From Betaproteobacteria bacterium (GTDB lineage Bacteria; Pseudomonadota; Gammaproteobacteria; Burkholderiales; SG8-39), in the NCBI GenBank assembly GCA_016195915.1, contig JACPYS010000063.1, forward strand, positions 10,388-74,387: a stretch of DNA of 64,000 nucleotides. The letters are read 5' to 3'. Positions within the stretch are counted from its first letter, which is position 1; every line of letters begins with the position of its first letter. The notes under the pieces were generated by a model that had not been told where the DNA came from, did not search any database, and worked only from the letters and a program-made list of their open reading frames with translations. This document shows, in pieces, positions 56,767 through 64,000 of this stretch. A program made the position numbers and the translations under genes.

Positions 56767-57201
56767 TCAGGCGGAGGACACCGGGCGATCCGCCGGGAGA
56801 ACCCTGAATCGGCGCCGGCCGAGGACACGAAATGCGCGAAAGTGCCGCTCGTCCAGAGTAAGAACATCGCTGGTGCGATGCCGCTCGGCGAGGACGACGA
56901 TCGATGCATCCGCGAGGCCGATGTGCAGATCCGCATAGCGGTCAATGACCGTCTTTGCCGCCGCAACGTCAGCCGGGCCGAACGGCTCGAGCCGGTAGGC
57001 GCCGCGTGAAACTTCATCGAGCAGCGCCTGCTGGGCCGGGGCGCCAACGTGGCGCGACAGTAGGTAATCGAGCTCCGCCAGCACGAACGGCGAAAGCAGC
57101 AACGGCACGGAGGCGGTTGAAACCACGTTCGCGCACGCCATGTGGTGGCGCTGGCTCGCGTCGATCGCCGCCAGCAGTCCGCTGGTGTCGAGCAGGATCA
57201 A
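56767..57201 (-). CDS. vapC: PIN-domain ribonuclease toxin
   Basis: MILLDTSGLLAAID...LADASIVVLAERHRTSDVLTLDERHF has the acidic PIN residues in place. 4-nt overlap with the upstream antitoxin gene. Confidence 0.88.
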   Translation of the reverse strand: MILLDTSGLLAAIDASQRHHMACANVVSTASVPLLLSPFVLAELDYLLSRHVGAPAQQALLDEVSRGAYRLEPFGPADVAAAKTVIDRYADLHIGLADASIVVLAERHRTSDVLTLDERHFRAFRVLGRRRFRVLPADRPVSSA

Positions 57202-57419
57202 GCTTCGCCGAACCCGGCGAGGGCATCATCAACGTGCTCCGCCAGCCGCGGCTTGCGGCTCTTGAACAGGGGAACTCGCGGGCGGGGCGGAGCGGCGTGT
57301 TCCGTGACCGCACGCAGCGCCTCCCGGATCAGTTCCGCTTCGCTGCAGCCGCGCGACACGGCCGTCTGCGCGAGCGCGCGCTTCAGCTCATCGGGAACAT
57401 AAACAGTGGTTTTCTGCAT
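57198..57419 (-). CDS. vapB: Ribbon-helix-helix (CopG-like) antitoxin
   Basis: MQKTTVYVPDELKRALAQTAVSRGCSEAELIREALRAV.... 73 aa (ATG 57428 is an alternative). It is the C-terminal tail of a 480-aa shadow ORF. Confidence 0.8.
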   Translation of the reverse strand: MQKTTVYVPDELKRALAQTAVSRGCSEAELIREALRAVTEHAAPPRPRVPLFKSRKPRLAEHVDDALAGFGEA

Positions 57420-57437
57420 GCCATACATTATGCCATA
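57418..57437 (-). promoter_or_regulatory. Direct repeat TATGGCAT x2 (12-bp period) overlapping the vapB start
   Basis: Minus strand: gcgTATGGCATaatgTATGGCATGcag. Embedded CATAAT -10-like hexamer a few nt from the ATG. Confidence 0.3.
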
Positions 57438-57524
57438 CGCGGGAGATCGCGTGGCGTTCAGCGCGGAACGGGCGACCTCGCGTACCATTGCGTCGCAGCG
57501 GACGCACTGAGGAGGTAGGAAACG

Positions 57525-58715
57525 ATGAGTGAAGGCGTACTGGCCGGAATTCGGGTCCTCGACTTCGGCCGGTTCATCGCCGGGCCGTTCTGCGGCGCGC
57601 TGCTTGCCGACCACGGCGCCGACGTGATCCGCATCGACAAGATCGGCGGCAGCGAGGACCGCTTTGTGCTGCCGCTGGCGCAGAGCGGCGAAGGCGGGTT
57701 GTTCATGCAGGTCAATCGCGGCAAGCGCTCGCTCGCCCTGGAGGCAACGACGCCCGAGGGCCGCGAAATCGTGCGCAGGCTGATCGCGCACGCCGACATC
57801 GTGATCGCCAACATGCCGGCAGCGACGCTCAAGTCGATGGGCCTGGACTATGCCAGCGTGTCGGCGCTCAATCCCCGCGCCATCCTGGTGACCACCAACG
57901 CCTTCGGGCACACGGGGCCGGACGTCCACAAGGTCGGTTTCGACGGCATCGGCCAGGCGATGTCGGGCTCGGCATACATGAGCGGCGACCCCGATGCGCC
58001 GCGTCGCGCGAGCGTGGCCTACGTGGATTTCGGCACGGCGATTTCCGCCGCGTTCGGCGCGATGCTCGCATTGATGGCGCGCGAGCGCACGGGACGAGGT
58101 CAGGAAGTGAGCGGCTCGCTGCTCGCGACCGCCCTCACGTTTTCGAACGCGACGCTCATCGAGCAGGCCATATCGAAACCGGACCGCGTCCCGCAGGGCA
58201 ATCTCGGCTACGGATCGGCGCCGGCGGACCTGTACAAGTGCGCCGATGGCCGCTGGCTGATGGTGCAGGTCGTCGGCCAGCCGTTGTGGGAGAAGTTCTG
58301 CCGCATGCTGGACGCGGAGGACTGGCTTACCGACCCGCGTTTCGCAGACGATCTCGGTCGCGGCAACCAAGCACGCGTGGTGAGCGGCCGCCTGCAGGCC
58401 TGGTGCACAGTTCGCTCGCGCGCGCAGGTGCTGCAGGCGTTCGAAGCCGCGCGAATTCCGGCCGGGCCCGTCCACAGCCCGCAGGAGGCACTGGACGACG
58501 CGCACATTCGAGCGAGCGGCCTGCTGCGCGAGCTTGCATTTCCCGGCGCGCCACACCCTGCGCCGGTAGCCGATACGCCGATCCGGCTGTCGGAAACGCC
58601 GGGCGCTATCCGTGGCCGCGCGCCGATGGCGGGCGAGCACGCCGTGCAGATCCTCGGGGAAATCGGCTATTCGGCGGCAGATGTCGAGCGGTTGCGCAGC
58701 GCCGGGGTGGTCTAA
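57525..58715 (+). CDS. Class III CoA-transferase (CaiB/BaiF family)
   Basis: GIRVLDFGRFIAGPFCGALLADHGADVIRID..., ANMPAATLKSMGLDY, AYVDFGTA. 396 aa. Confidence 0.9.
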   Translation: MSEGVLAGIRVLDFGRFIAGPFCGALLADHGADVIRIDKIGGSEDRFVLPLAQSGEGGLFMQVNRGKRSLALEATTPEGREIVRRLIAHADIVIANMPAATLKSMGLDYASVSALNPRAILVTTNAFGHTGPDVHKVGFDGIGQAMSGSAYMSGDPDAPRRASVAYVDFGTAISAAFGAMLALMARERTGRGQEVSGSLLATALTFSNATLIEQAISKPDRVPQGNLGYGSAPADLYKCADGRWLMVQVVGQPLWEKFCRMLDAEDWLTDPRFADDLGRGNQARVVSGRLQAWCTVRSRAQVLQAFEAARIPAGPVHSPQEALDDAHIRASGLLRELAFPGAPHPAPVADTPIRLSETPGAIRGRAPMAGEHAVQILGEIGYSAADVERLRSAGVV

Positions 58716-58736
58716 ACTCGCGCTGCCCGTTCGCGA

Positions 58737-59714
58737 TCAGTCCACCTTGAATCCCGAGGCTTTGATGATGGGCCCCCACTTTTCGCGATCCTGCCTGATG
58801 ATCCGCGCGAATTCGTCTGCCGTGGTGCCGGTCACGTCCGATCCCATCCTCTGGATCTTCTCGGTCACGTCGGGCGTTTTGACGGCCTTGACGAGGGCCT
58901 GACTGAGCTTGTCGACGATTGCCTCGGGGGTCTTGGCGGGAACCACGAAGCCGTTCCAGCCAACGCCTTCGATGCCCTGATATCCCAATTCCTTGAAGGT
59001 GGGAACACCCGGATGTTTTCGGGAAATGCCTGCCGTGGCCAGGATTCGGATTTTGTCGGGATGATGTGCAGAGTGGGTGTCGTAGGTGTCCACACCCATT
59101 GGAACGTGTCCGCCGATCAATGCAGTGACGAGAGGCGCCGAGCCGCTGTAGGAAACGTGCACCATCTCCACACCGGCATATTTTCCGATCATCAGGCCGA
59201 AAAAATGCGGCAGGCTTCCGGTTGCCGGAGAACCATAGTTGGCCTGCTTCGGATGGCGCTTTGCCCAATCGATCAATTCCTTCACATCCTTGATCGGAGA
59301 ACCTGCCGGGACGGAGAGGACGAACTGATAGACCTGGATTTGGGATACGGGCCTGAAATCGTTGTCCGGATCGTAAGGCAGCTTCGAATCGACGAAAGGG
59401 CTCACGACAAAAAGCGCGGGGTTGACTGCCACCATGCTTCTGCCGTCCGGGGGCTGGTTCTTCGCATATTCCACGCCAATGCGGCCGCCCGCCCCCGGCT
59501 TGTTTTCCACGATGACGGTCTGGCCCAGCAGGTCCCTGAGTTTGTCCGCCAGCAAGCGGGCCACGACATCGGAACCGCCCCCCGGCGCATAGGGAACGAT
59601 CAGCCTGACCGGCCCTCCCTTGATTTCCTGGGCGGATAGCGCACAGGCGCCGAACATACCGGCCACGGTGATGCAGATGCCCACCCACCCTCTGGCAGCA
59701 ACAGGTGATTTCAT
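58737..59714 (-). CDS. Bug-family (TctC-like) substrate-binding protein
   Basis: GGAGGGA RBS. PVRLIVPYAPGGGSDVVARLLADKL...VENKPGAGGRIG...PDGRSM. Confidence 0.9.
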   Translation of the reverse strand: MKSPVAARGWVGICITVAGMFGACALSAQEIKGGPVRLIVPYAPGGGSDVVARLLADKLRDLLGQTVIVENKPGAGGRIGVEYAKNQPPDGRSMVAVNPALFVVSPFVDSKLPYDPDNDFRPVSQIQVYQFVLSVPAGSPIKDVKELIDWAKRHPKQANYGSPATGSLPHFFGLMIGKYAGVEMVHVSYSGSAPLVTALIGGHVPMGVDTYDTHSAHHPDKIRILATAGISRKHPGVPTFKELGYQGIEGVGWNGFVVPAKTPEAIVDKLSQALVKAVKTPDVTEKIQRMGSDVTGTTADEFARIIRQDREKWGPIIKASGFKVD

Positions 59715-59744
59715 CGCGGTCCCTCCGTCGAACGAAACGTGCCG

Positions 59745-60887
59745 CTAGCGCTCGGCCATCGCCACGTATTCCCGCGGCGCGGCACCGTTGTATTCCGTGA
59801 GCGGCCGGATGAGGATGTTGTTCTCCATCTGCTCGAGCACCGATACCGCCCATCCCGGCACGCGGCCCACGGCGAAGATCGGCACGAACAGGTCGGCCGG
59901 GATACCGTTGAGGTAATAGACCACGCCGGCGTAGAAGTCGACGTTCACGTTCACGCCGTGGCGTGCATAGGGCTTCATCGCTTCGACCAGCGCTTCCAGG
60001 ATCTGATACCACTTCGGCTGGCCCATCTCGCGCGAGAGCTTTTCCACACCCGCGCGCATGTGGCGCGCGCGCGGGTCCTCGGCGCGGTAGACGCGGTGGC
60101 CGAAACCCATCACCGGCTCCTTGTTCGCGCGCTTGCGCTTGACGTATTCGGCGGCCTTCGACGCCTCGCCCACTTCCTGCGCCATGTGCATCACGTTCTC
60201 CGCCGCGCCGCCGTGCGCGGGACCCGAGAGCGCCGCAATCGCAGCGGTGATCGCTGCGTGCAGGTCGGCTTCCGTGCCCGCTACCACGCGCGCGGTAAAC
60301 GTGGAAGCGTTCGAGCCGTGCTCGGCGTGCAGGATCATGTCGGTATCCATGAGTTTCGCCGCATCCGCACTCGGCGCCTTGCCCTTGAGCATCCAGAGAA
60401 AGTTCGCCGCGTGGCCGAGCTTCGCATCCGGCGCCACGGGCTCACGGCCATTCCTGATCTGTTCGTGCGCGGCGACGATCATCGGCACCTGCGAAGTCAG
60501 CCGGATGCCCTTGCGCTGCGTCGCCTCGGGGGACTTGTCGGCAGTCTCCGGATCGAAAGCCGCGAGCGCGGACACGGCGGTGCGCAGCGCGTCCATCGGG
60601 TGCGCGAACTTCACCGTGCGGATGATGTCGTAAACCGGCGCGGGCAGCTTGCGCGCCTCGATCAATTCAGCGGCGTAAGCTTCGAGCTGCGCGGCCGCGG
60701 GGAGTTCGCCCTTCATCAGCAGATAGCAGGTCTCCTCGAAGCTGGAGTGCTGCGCGAGGTCGTGGATCGAATAGCCGCGGTAGCGCAGTTCCCCCGCCCG
60801 GCCGTCGATGTAGCACACGCGCGAGCGCTCGAAGTACACGCCCTTCAGGCCGCGGTGGATCTCGATCTTTTCGGCGTCTTCGCCCAT
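59745..60887 (-). CDS. Citrate synthase-family protein (citrate/2-methylcitrate synthase or acyl-CoA lyase-like)
   Basis: GGGAGAAG RBS, ATG 60887. GLKGVYFERSRVCYIDG..LRYRGY, ILHAEHGSNASTF, SGPAHGGAAE and GFGHRVYR catalytic His/Asp context. Confidence 0.85.
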   Translation of the reverse strand: MGEDAEKIEIHRGLKGVYFERSRVCYIDGRAGELRYRGYSIHDLAQHSSFEETCYLLMKGELPAAAQLEAYAAELIEARKLPAPVYDIIRTVKFAHPMDALRTAVSALAAFDPETADKSPEATQRKGIRLTSQVPMIVAAHEQIRNGREPVAPDAKLGHAANFLWMLKGKAPSADAAKLMDTDMILHAEHGSNASTFTARVVAGTEADLHAAITAAIAALSGPAHGGAAENVMHMAQEVGEASKAAEYVKRKRANKEPVMGFGHRVYRAEDPRARHMRAGVEKLSREMGQPKWYQILEALVEAMKPYARHGVNVNVDFYAGVVYYLNGIPADLFVPIFAVGRVPGWAVSVLEQMENNILIRPLTEYNGAAPREYVAMAER

Positions 60888-60906
60888 GCGTCTTCTCCCT
60901 GTGATG

Positions 60907-61671
60907 TCAATCGATGAAGCTGCGTGCCATCTGCTCGGCCGCACGCTTGAGGGCCGGCAGGTACTCGAGCTGGCGTGCAAGCGGCATGCGCGACATCGGC
61001 GCGTGCACGGCAAGCGCGGCGCAGGTGCGACCCGCAGCCTCGCGCACCGGTACTGCGACGCATACCAGGCCCGCGAAGTACTCCTCGTCGTCGGTAGCGT
61101 AGCGCTGCGCCCGGATCTGCTGCAGCTCGCGCTCGAACCTGGACCCGTCCACGATCGTCTTGGCGGTATGCCGCGGCAGCGGCAGGTTTGCGGTGAGCCT
61201 CTCGCGCTTGGCCTTGGGCAGCATGGCGAGCAGAAGCTTGCCGCTCGCGGTGCAGTGCAGCGGCACGCGCGAGCCGGGCTGCAGGTTCATGCGCAGCGGC
61301 GAGGGCGTCTCCACGCGGTCGAGGTAGACCACCTGGGCGCCGTCGAGCATCGTGAAGTTGCAGGTCTCGCCGATCTGTTCCACCAAGGCCTGCAGGATGA
61401 GGTGCCGGGCGGCGCGGAAGCTCGAGTTGAGCAGCACTTCGAGCCCGAATGCCGAGAGACGCGGACCGAGGGCGTAGCGGCGGCCATCGGGCTCGCGCAC
61501 GAGCAGTCCGCTGGAAACCAGCAGGGCGATCATCCGATGCACTGTAGGCTTCGGCAGCCTCGCTGCTTCCGTGATCTGCCCCAGCGTGAGCGGCTTGTCG
61601 GCACGCGCCACGACCTCGAGCAGCGAAAACGCCCGCAACGCAGGCGGGCTCCGATCGAGTTTGCGAGCCAT
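60907..61671 (-). CDS. IclR-family transcriptional regulator
   Basis: LRAFSLLEVVARADKPLTLGQITEAARLPKPTVHRMIALLVSSGLL wHTH, plus an effector domain. Confidence 0.88.
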   Translation of the reverse strand: MARKLDRSPPALRAFSLLEVVARADKPLTLGQITEAARLPKPTVHRMIALLVSSGLLVREPDGRRYALGPRLSAFGLEVLLNSSFRAARHLILQALVEQIGETCNFTMLDGAQVVYLDRVETPSPLRMNLQPGSRVPLHCTASGKLLLAMLPKAKRERLTANLPLPRHTAKTIVDGSRFERELQQIRAQRYATDDEEYFAGLVCVAVPVREAAGRTCAALAVHAPMSRMPLARQLEYLPALKRAAEQMARSFID

Positions 61672-61714
61672 CTGCGGATATTATCAAAAAATGGAATGAA
61701 AAGGTCTAATTTAA

Positions 61715-61724
61715 GCTTGCAAGC
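61715..61724. promoter_or_regulatory. Perfect 10-bp palindrome GCTTGCAAGC in the IclR/xsc divergent region
   Basis: Read directly inside a 109-bp AT-rich intergenic region. TTGACG follows immediately. Confidence 0.3.
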
Positions 61725-61780
61725 CTTGACGCCCCCCGAGGGCTGTGAAAAGCTTTGATCCTCAAAAAAAGGAGTTCTCC

Positions 61781-63592
61781 ATGGGCAATGTTCCCGCAGC
61801 GGATCAGTTGCAGGTCTCGGCCAGTCGCACCGTCGTCAAGGGCAAGCAGCGCATGACCCCCTCCGAGGCATTCGTAGAGACGCTGGTATCGCAGGGCGTC
61901 ACCCACGTTTTCGGCATCGTCGGCTCCGCGTACATGGATGCCCTCGACATTTTCCCTGCGGCAGGCATCCGCTTCGTTCCGGTGGCACACGAGCAGGGCG
62001 CGGCGCACATGGCCGATGGTTTCGCGCGCGTCTCCGGAAGGCACGGCGTGTGCATCGGTCAGAACGGACCGGGCATCACCAACTTCGTCACCGCGGTGGC
62101 CGCGGCGTACTGGGCGCATTCGCCGGTGGTGGCGATCACGCCGGAGACCGGCAGCATGGGCCTGGGCCTGGGCGGCTTCCAGGAAACCGAACAGCTGCCG
62201 ATCTTCTCCAAGATCACCAAGTTCCAGGCGCACATCAACAATCCGAACCGCATCGCCGAACTCTCGGCGCGCGCCTTCGACCGCGCGCTGCTCGAGATGG
62301 GGCCGGTGCAGATCAACATCCCGCGCGATTATTTCTACGGCGAGATCGAATGCGAGATCCCGGCGCCGGTGCGCGTGGAGCGCGGCGCGGGCGGCGAGCA
62401 GGCCCTGGAGTCGGCGGCCGCGTTGCTCGCGCAGGCGAAGTTCCCTGTGATCCTTTCCGGCGGCGGCGTGATCATGTCCGGCGGCCTCGCTCAAGCCGTC
62501 GAGCTTGCCGAACTGCTGCACGCGCCTGTTGCGAACAGCTACCTGCACAACGATTCGTTCCCCGCTTCCCACCCGCTGTGGTGCGGCCCGCTCGGTTACC
62601 AGGGCTCGAAGGCGGCGATGAAGCTGATTTCGCAAGCCGACGTCGTGGTCGCGCTCGGCAGCCGGCTCGGGCCCTTCGGCACGCTGCCGCAGTACGAACT
62701 CGACTATTGGCCGAAGAACGCGAAGATCATCCAGATCGACGCCGACGCGAAGATGCTCGGCCTGGTGCGGCCGATCTCGGTCGGGATCTGCGGCGACGCA
62801 AAGGCCGCCGCCGCTGCGCTCATCGCGCGCCTGAAGGGACGCACGCTCGCCTGCACCGCGAACCAGGCCGAGCGCGACGCGAGGATCAAGGCGGAGAGCT
62901 CGGCATGGGAGGCCGAACTCTCCGCATGGACGCAGGAGAGGGACGCCTGGTCGCTCGAGGTGTCGAAGACTTCGGGCTACATGCATCCGCGCCAGGTGCT
63001 GCGCGAGCTCGAGAAGGCCACGCCTCCCGGCGCGATGGTATCGACCGATATCGGCAACATCTGTTCGATTTCGAACTCCTACCTGCGTTTCGAACAACCG
63101 CGCTCGATGTTCGCGGCGATGAGTTTCGGCAACTGCGGGTATGCGTTCCCTGTGGCCATCGGTGCGAAATTCGCCGCTCCGGACCGGCCTGCGATTGCCT
63201 ACGTCGGCGACGGCGCCTGGGGCATCAGCTTCAACGAAATGCTCACTTGCGCGCGCGAGAAGGTCGGCGTGACGGTGGTGGTGTTCAACAACCAGCAGTG
63301 GGGCGCGGAGAAGAAAAACCACGTCGATTTCTACGCCAACCGCTTCCTCGGCGTGAACCTCGAGAATCCGAGCTGGGCGGGCATCGCCAAGGCCTTCGGC
63401 TGCGAGGGGGTCACCGTGGACAAGCTTGCCGGCGTCGGCCCGGCCCTGCGCAACGCCTGCAAGGCCCAGCAGGAAGGCAGGACCACCGTGCTCGAGTTGA
63501 TGGTTACCAGGGAACTGGGTGACCCGTTCCGCCGCGACGCGCTCAAACTGCCCAGGCGTCTGCTGGAGAAATACAAGGCCTACTCCGCCTGA
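61781..63592 (+). CDS. xsc: ThDP-dependent enzyme of the sulfoacetaldehyde acetyltransferase (Xsc) family
   Basis: AAGGAG RBS. 603 aa. GQNGPGITNF, GGFQETEQ, INIPRDYFYGEI, GPLGYQGSKAAM, ISVGICGDAK, YVGDGAWGIS and ELGDPFRRDAL are colinear with my memory of Xsc from Castellaniella defragrans. Confidence 0.7.
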   Translation: MGNVPAADQLQVSASRTVVKGKQRMTPSEAFVETLVSQGVTHVFGIVGSAYMDALDIFPAAGIRFVPVAHEQGAAHMADGFARVSGRHGVCIGQNGPGITNFVTAVAAAYWAHSPVVAITPETGSMGLGLGGFQETEQLPIFSKITKFQAHINNPNRIAELSARAFDRALLEMGPVQINIPRDYFYGEIECEIPAPVRVERGAGGEQALESAAALLAQAKFPVILSGGGVIMSGGLAQAVELAELLHAPVANSYLHNDSFPASHPLWCGPLGYQGSKAAMKLISQADVVVALGSRLGPFGTLPQYELDYWPKNAKIIQIDADAKMLGLVRPISVGICGDAKAAAAALIARLKGRTLACTANQAERDARIKAESSAWEAELSAWTQERDAWSLEVSKTSGYMHPRQVLRELEKATPPGAMVSTDIGNICSISNSYLRFEQPRSMFAAMSFGNCGYAFPVAIGAKFAAPDRPAIAYVGDGAWGISFNEMLTCAREKVGVTVVVFNNQQWGAEKKNHVDFYANRFLGVNLENPSWAGIAKAFGCEGVTVDKLAGVGPALRNACKAQQEGRTTVLELMVTRELGDPFRRDALKLPRRLLEKYKAYSA

Positions 63593-63633
63593 GAGCCGGG
63601 AGCCGTTTTGTCAACCTGGAGAGGAGGGGCAAC

Positions 63634-64000
63634 ATGAGGAAACTGATCGTCGCAGTGCTGGCGATGGGGGTGGCGGCGGCGCAGGCCCAGCAATGGCCCA
63701 CCAAGCCGGTGCGTTTCATCAATCCCTTTCCCGCGGGGGGCGGCACCGACACCTTTGCGCGACCGCTGTCCGCGGTGCTCACCCGGAACCTAGGCGAATC
63801 GTTCATCGTGGAAAACCAGGGCGGGGCCGGCGGCACGCTGGGCGCCGCGAACGCGGCCAAGGCAGTGCCCGATGGCTACACCTTTTTCATCGGCGCGGTG
63901 CATCACACGATCGCACCGGGTGTCTATACGAAGCTCAGCTACGACATCGAAAAGGATTTCCTTCCGGTCACGCTGCTCGCGATCGTGCCCAACGTGCTGG
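63634..64000 (+). CDS. Bug-family (TctC-like) substrate-binding protein, 3' end beyond window
   Basis: GGAGAGGAGGGG RBS. Signal peptide. WPTKPVRFINPFPAGGGTDTFARPL...VENQGGAGGTLGA...PDGYTFF. Confidence 0.88.
   Translation, partial: MRKLIVAVLAMGVAAAQAQQWPTKPVRFINPFPAGGGTDTFARPLSAVLTRNLGESFIVENQGGAGGTLGAANAAKAVPDGYTFFIGAVHHTIAPGVYTKLSYDIEKDFLPVTLLAIVPNVL

Noticed and set aside
1-64000. CRISPR arrays, tRNA/rRNA genes, IS elements, integrases, prophage genes
   Set aside because: Reading the intergenic regions and ORF translations turned up no regularly spaced repeats, tRNA-like cloverleaf segments, transposase/integrase motifs or phage structural genes. A proper tRNAscan/Rfam/ISfinder run is still advisable.

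Overview
High-GC segment (about two-thirds G+C by eye) that looks like betaproteobacterial chromosome; this is inferred from four Bug/TctC-type solute receptors and the general gene content. I call about 70 protein-coding genes, 2 pseudogenes and 1 candidate sRNA. I saw no rRNA, tRNA, CRISPR array, transposase or integrase. All product calls come from reading the translations and recalling family motifs; no database search was possible.

Gene order:
- 1-9.5 kb: periplasmic Tat-exported formate dehydrogenase locus. It runs DUF3305, DUF3306, poly-ferredoxin, TorD-like chaperone, mini Tat protein, Cys-type alpha subunit, beta, lipoprotein, gamma, small secreted protein, SodC.
- 9.5-17.9 kb: DUF1330, ChrA, a ModE-HTH/PBP regulator, tungstate transporter tupBCA, a TauE/SafE exporter, and mobB-moeA-moaD-moaE.
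- 17.9-24.5 kb: cation/proton antiporter, USP, EptA, PAP2, then clpB behind a sigma32-like promoter.
- 24.5-26.1 kb: two tandem signal-peptide-bearing YqgE/AlgH paralogs with a candidate antisense sRNA between them.
- 26.1-32.4 kb: IclR-controlled hydrolase/hydratase cluster.
- 32.4-40.6 kb: the most interesting part. A complete four-subunit Na+-pumping glutaconyl-CoA decarboxylase is split over two convergent operons. One is led by an acyl-CoA dehydrogenase with IVEGT and the other by a GcdH with TYEGT. A lower-GC insert separates them (DUF4160/DUF2442 pair, decayed cupin, orphan binding protein).
- 40.8-49.8 kb: USP, orphan XDH-family large subunit, TRAP transporter, GMC dehydrogenase, Pta, ferredoxin.
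- 49.8-64 kb: nucleotidyltransferase/RHH pair, Bug receptors, a decayed and an intact vapBC, a CoA-ligase / CoA-transferase / citrate-synthase-like cluster, IclR, and an Xsc-like ThDP enzyme.
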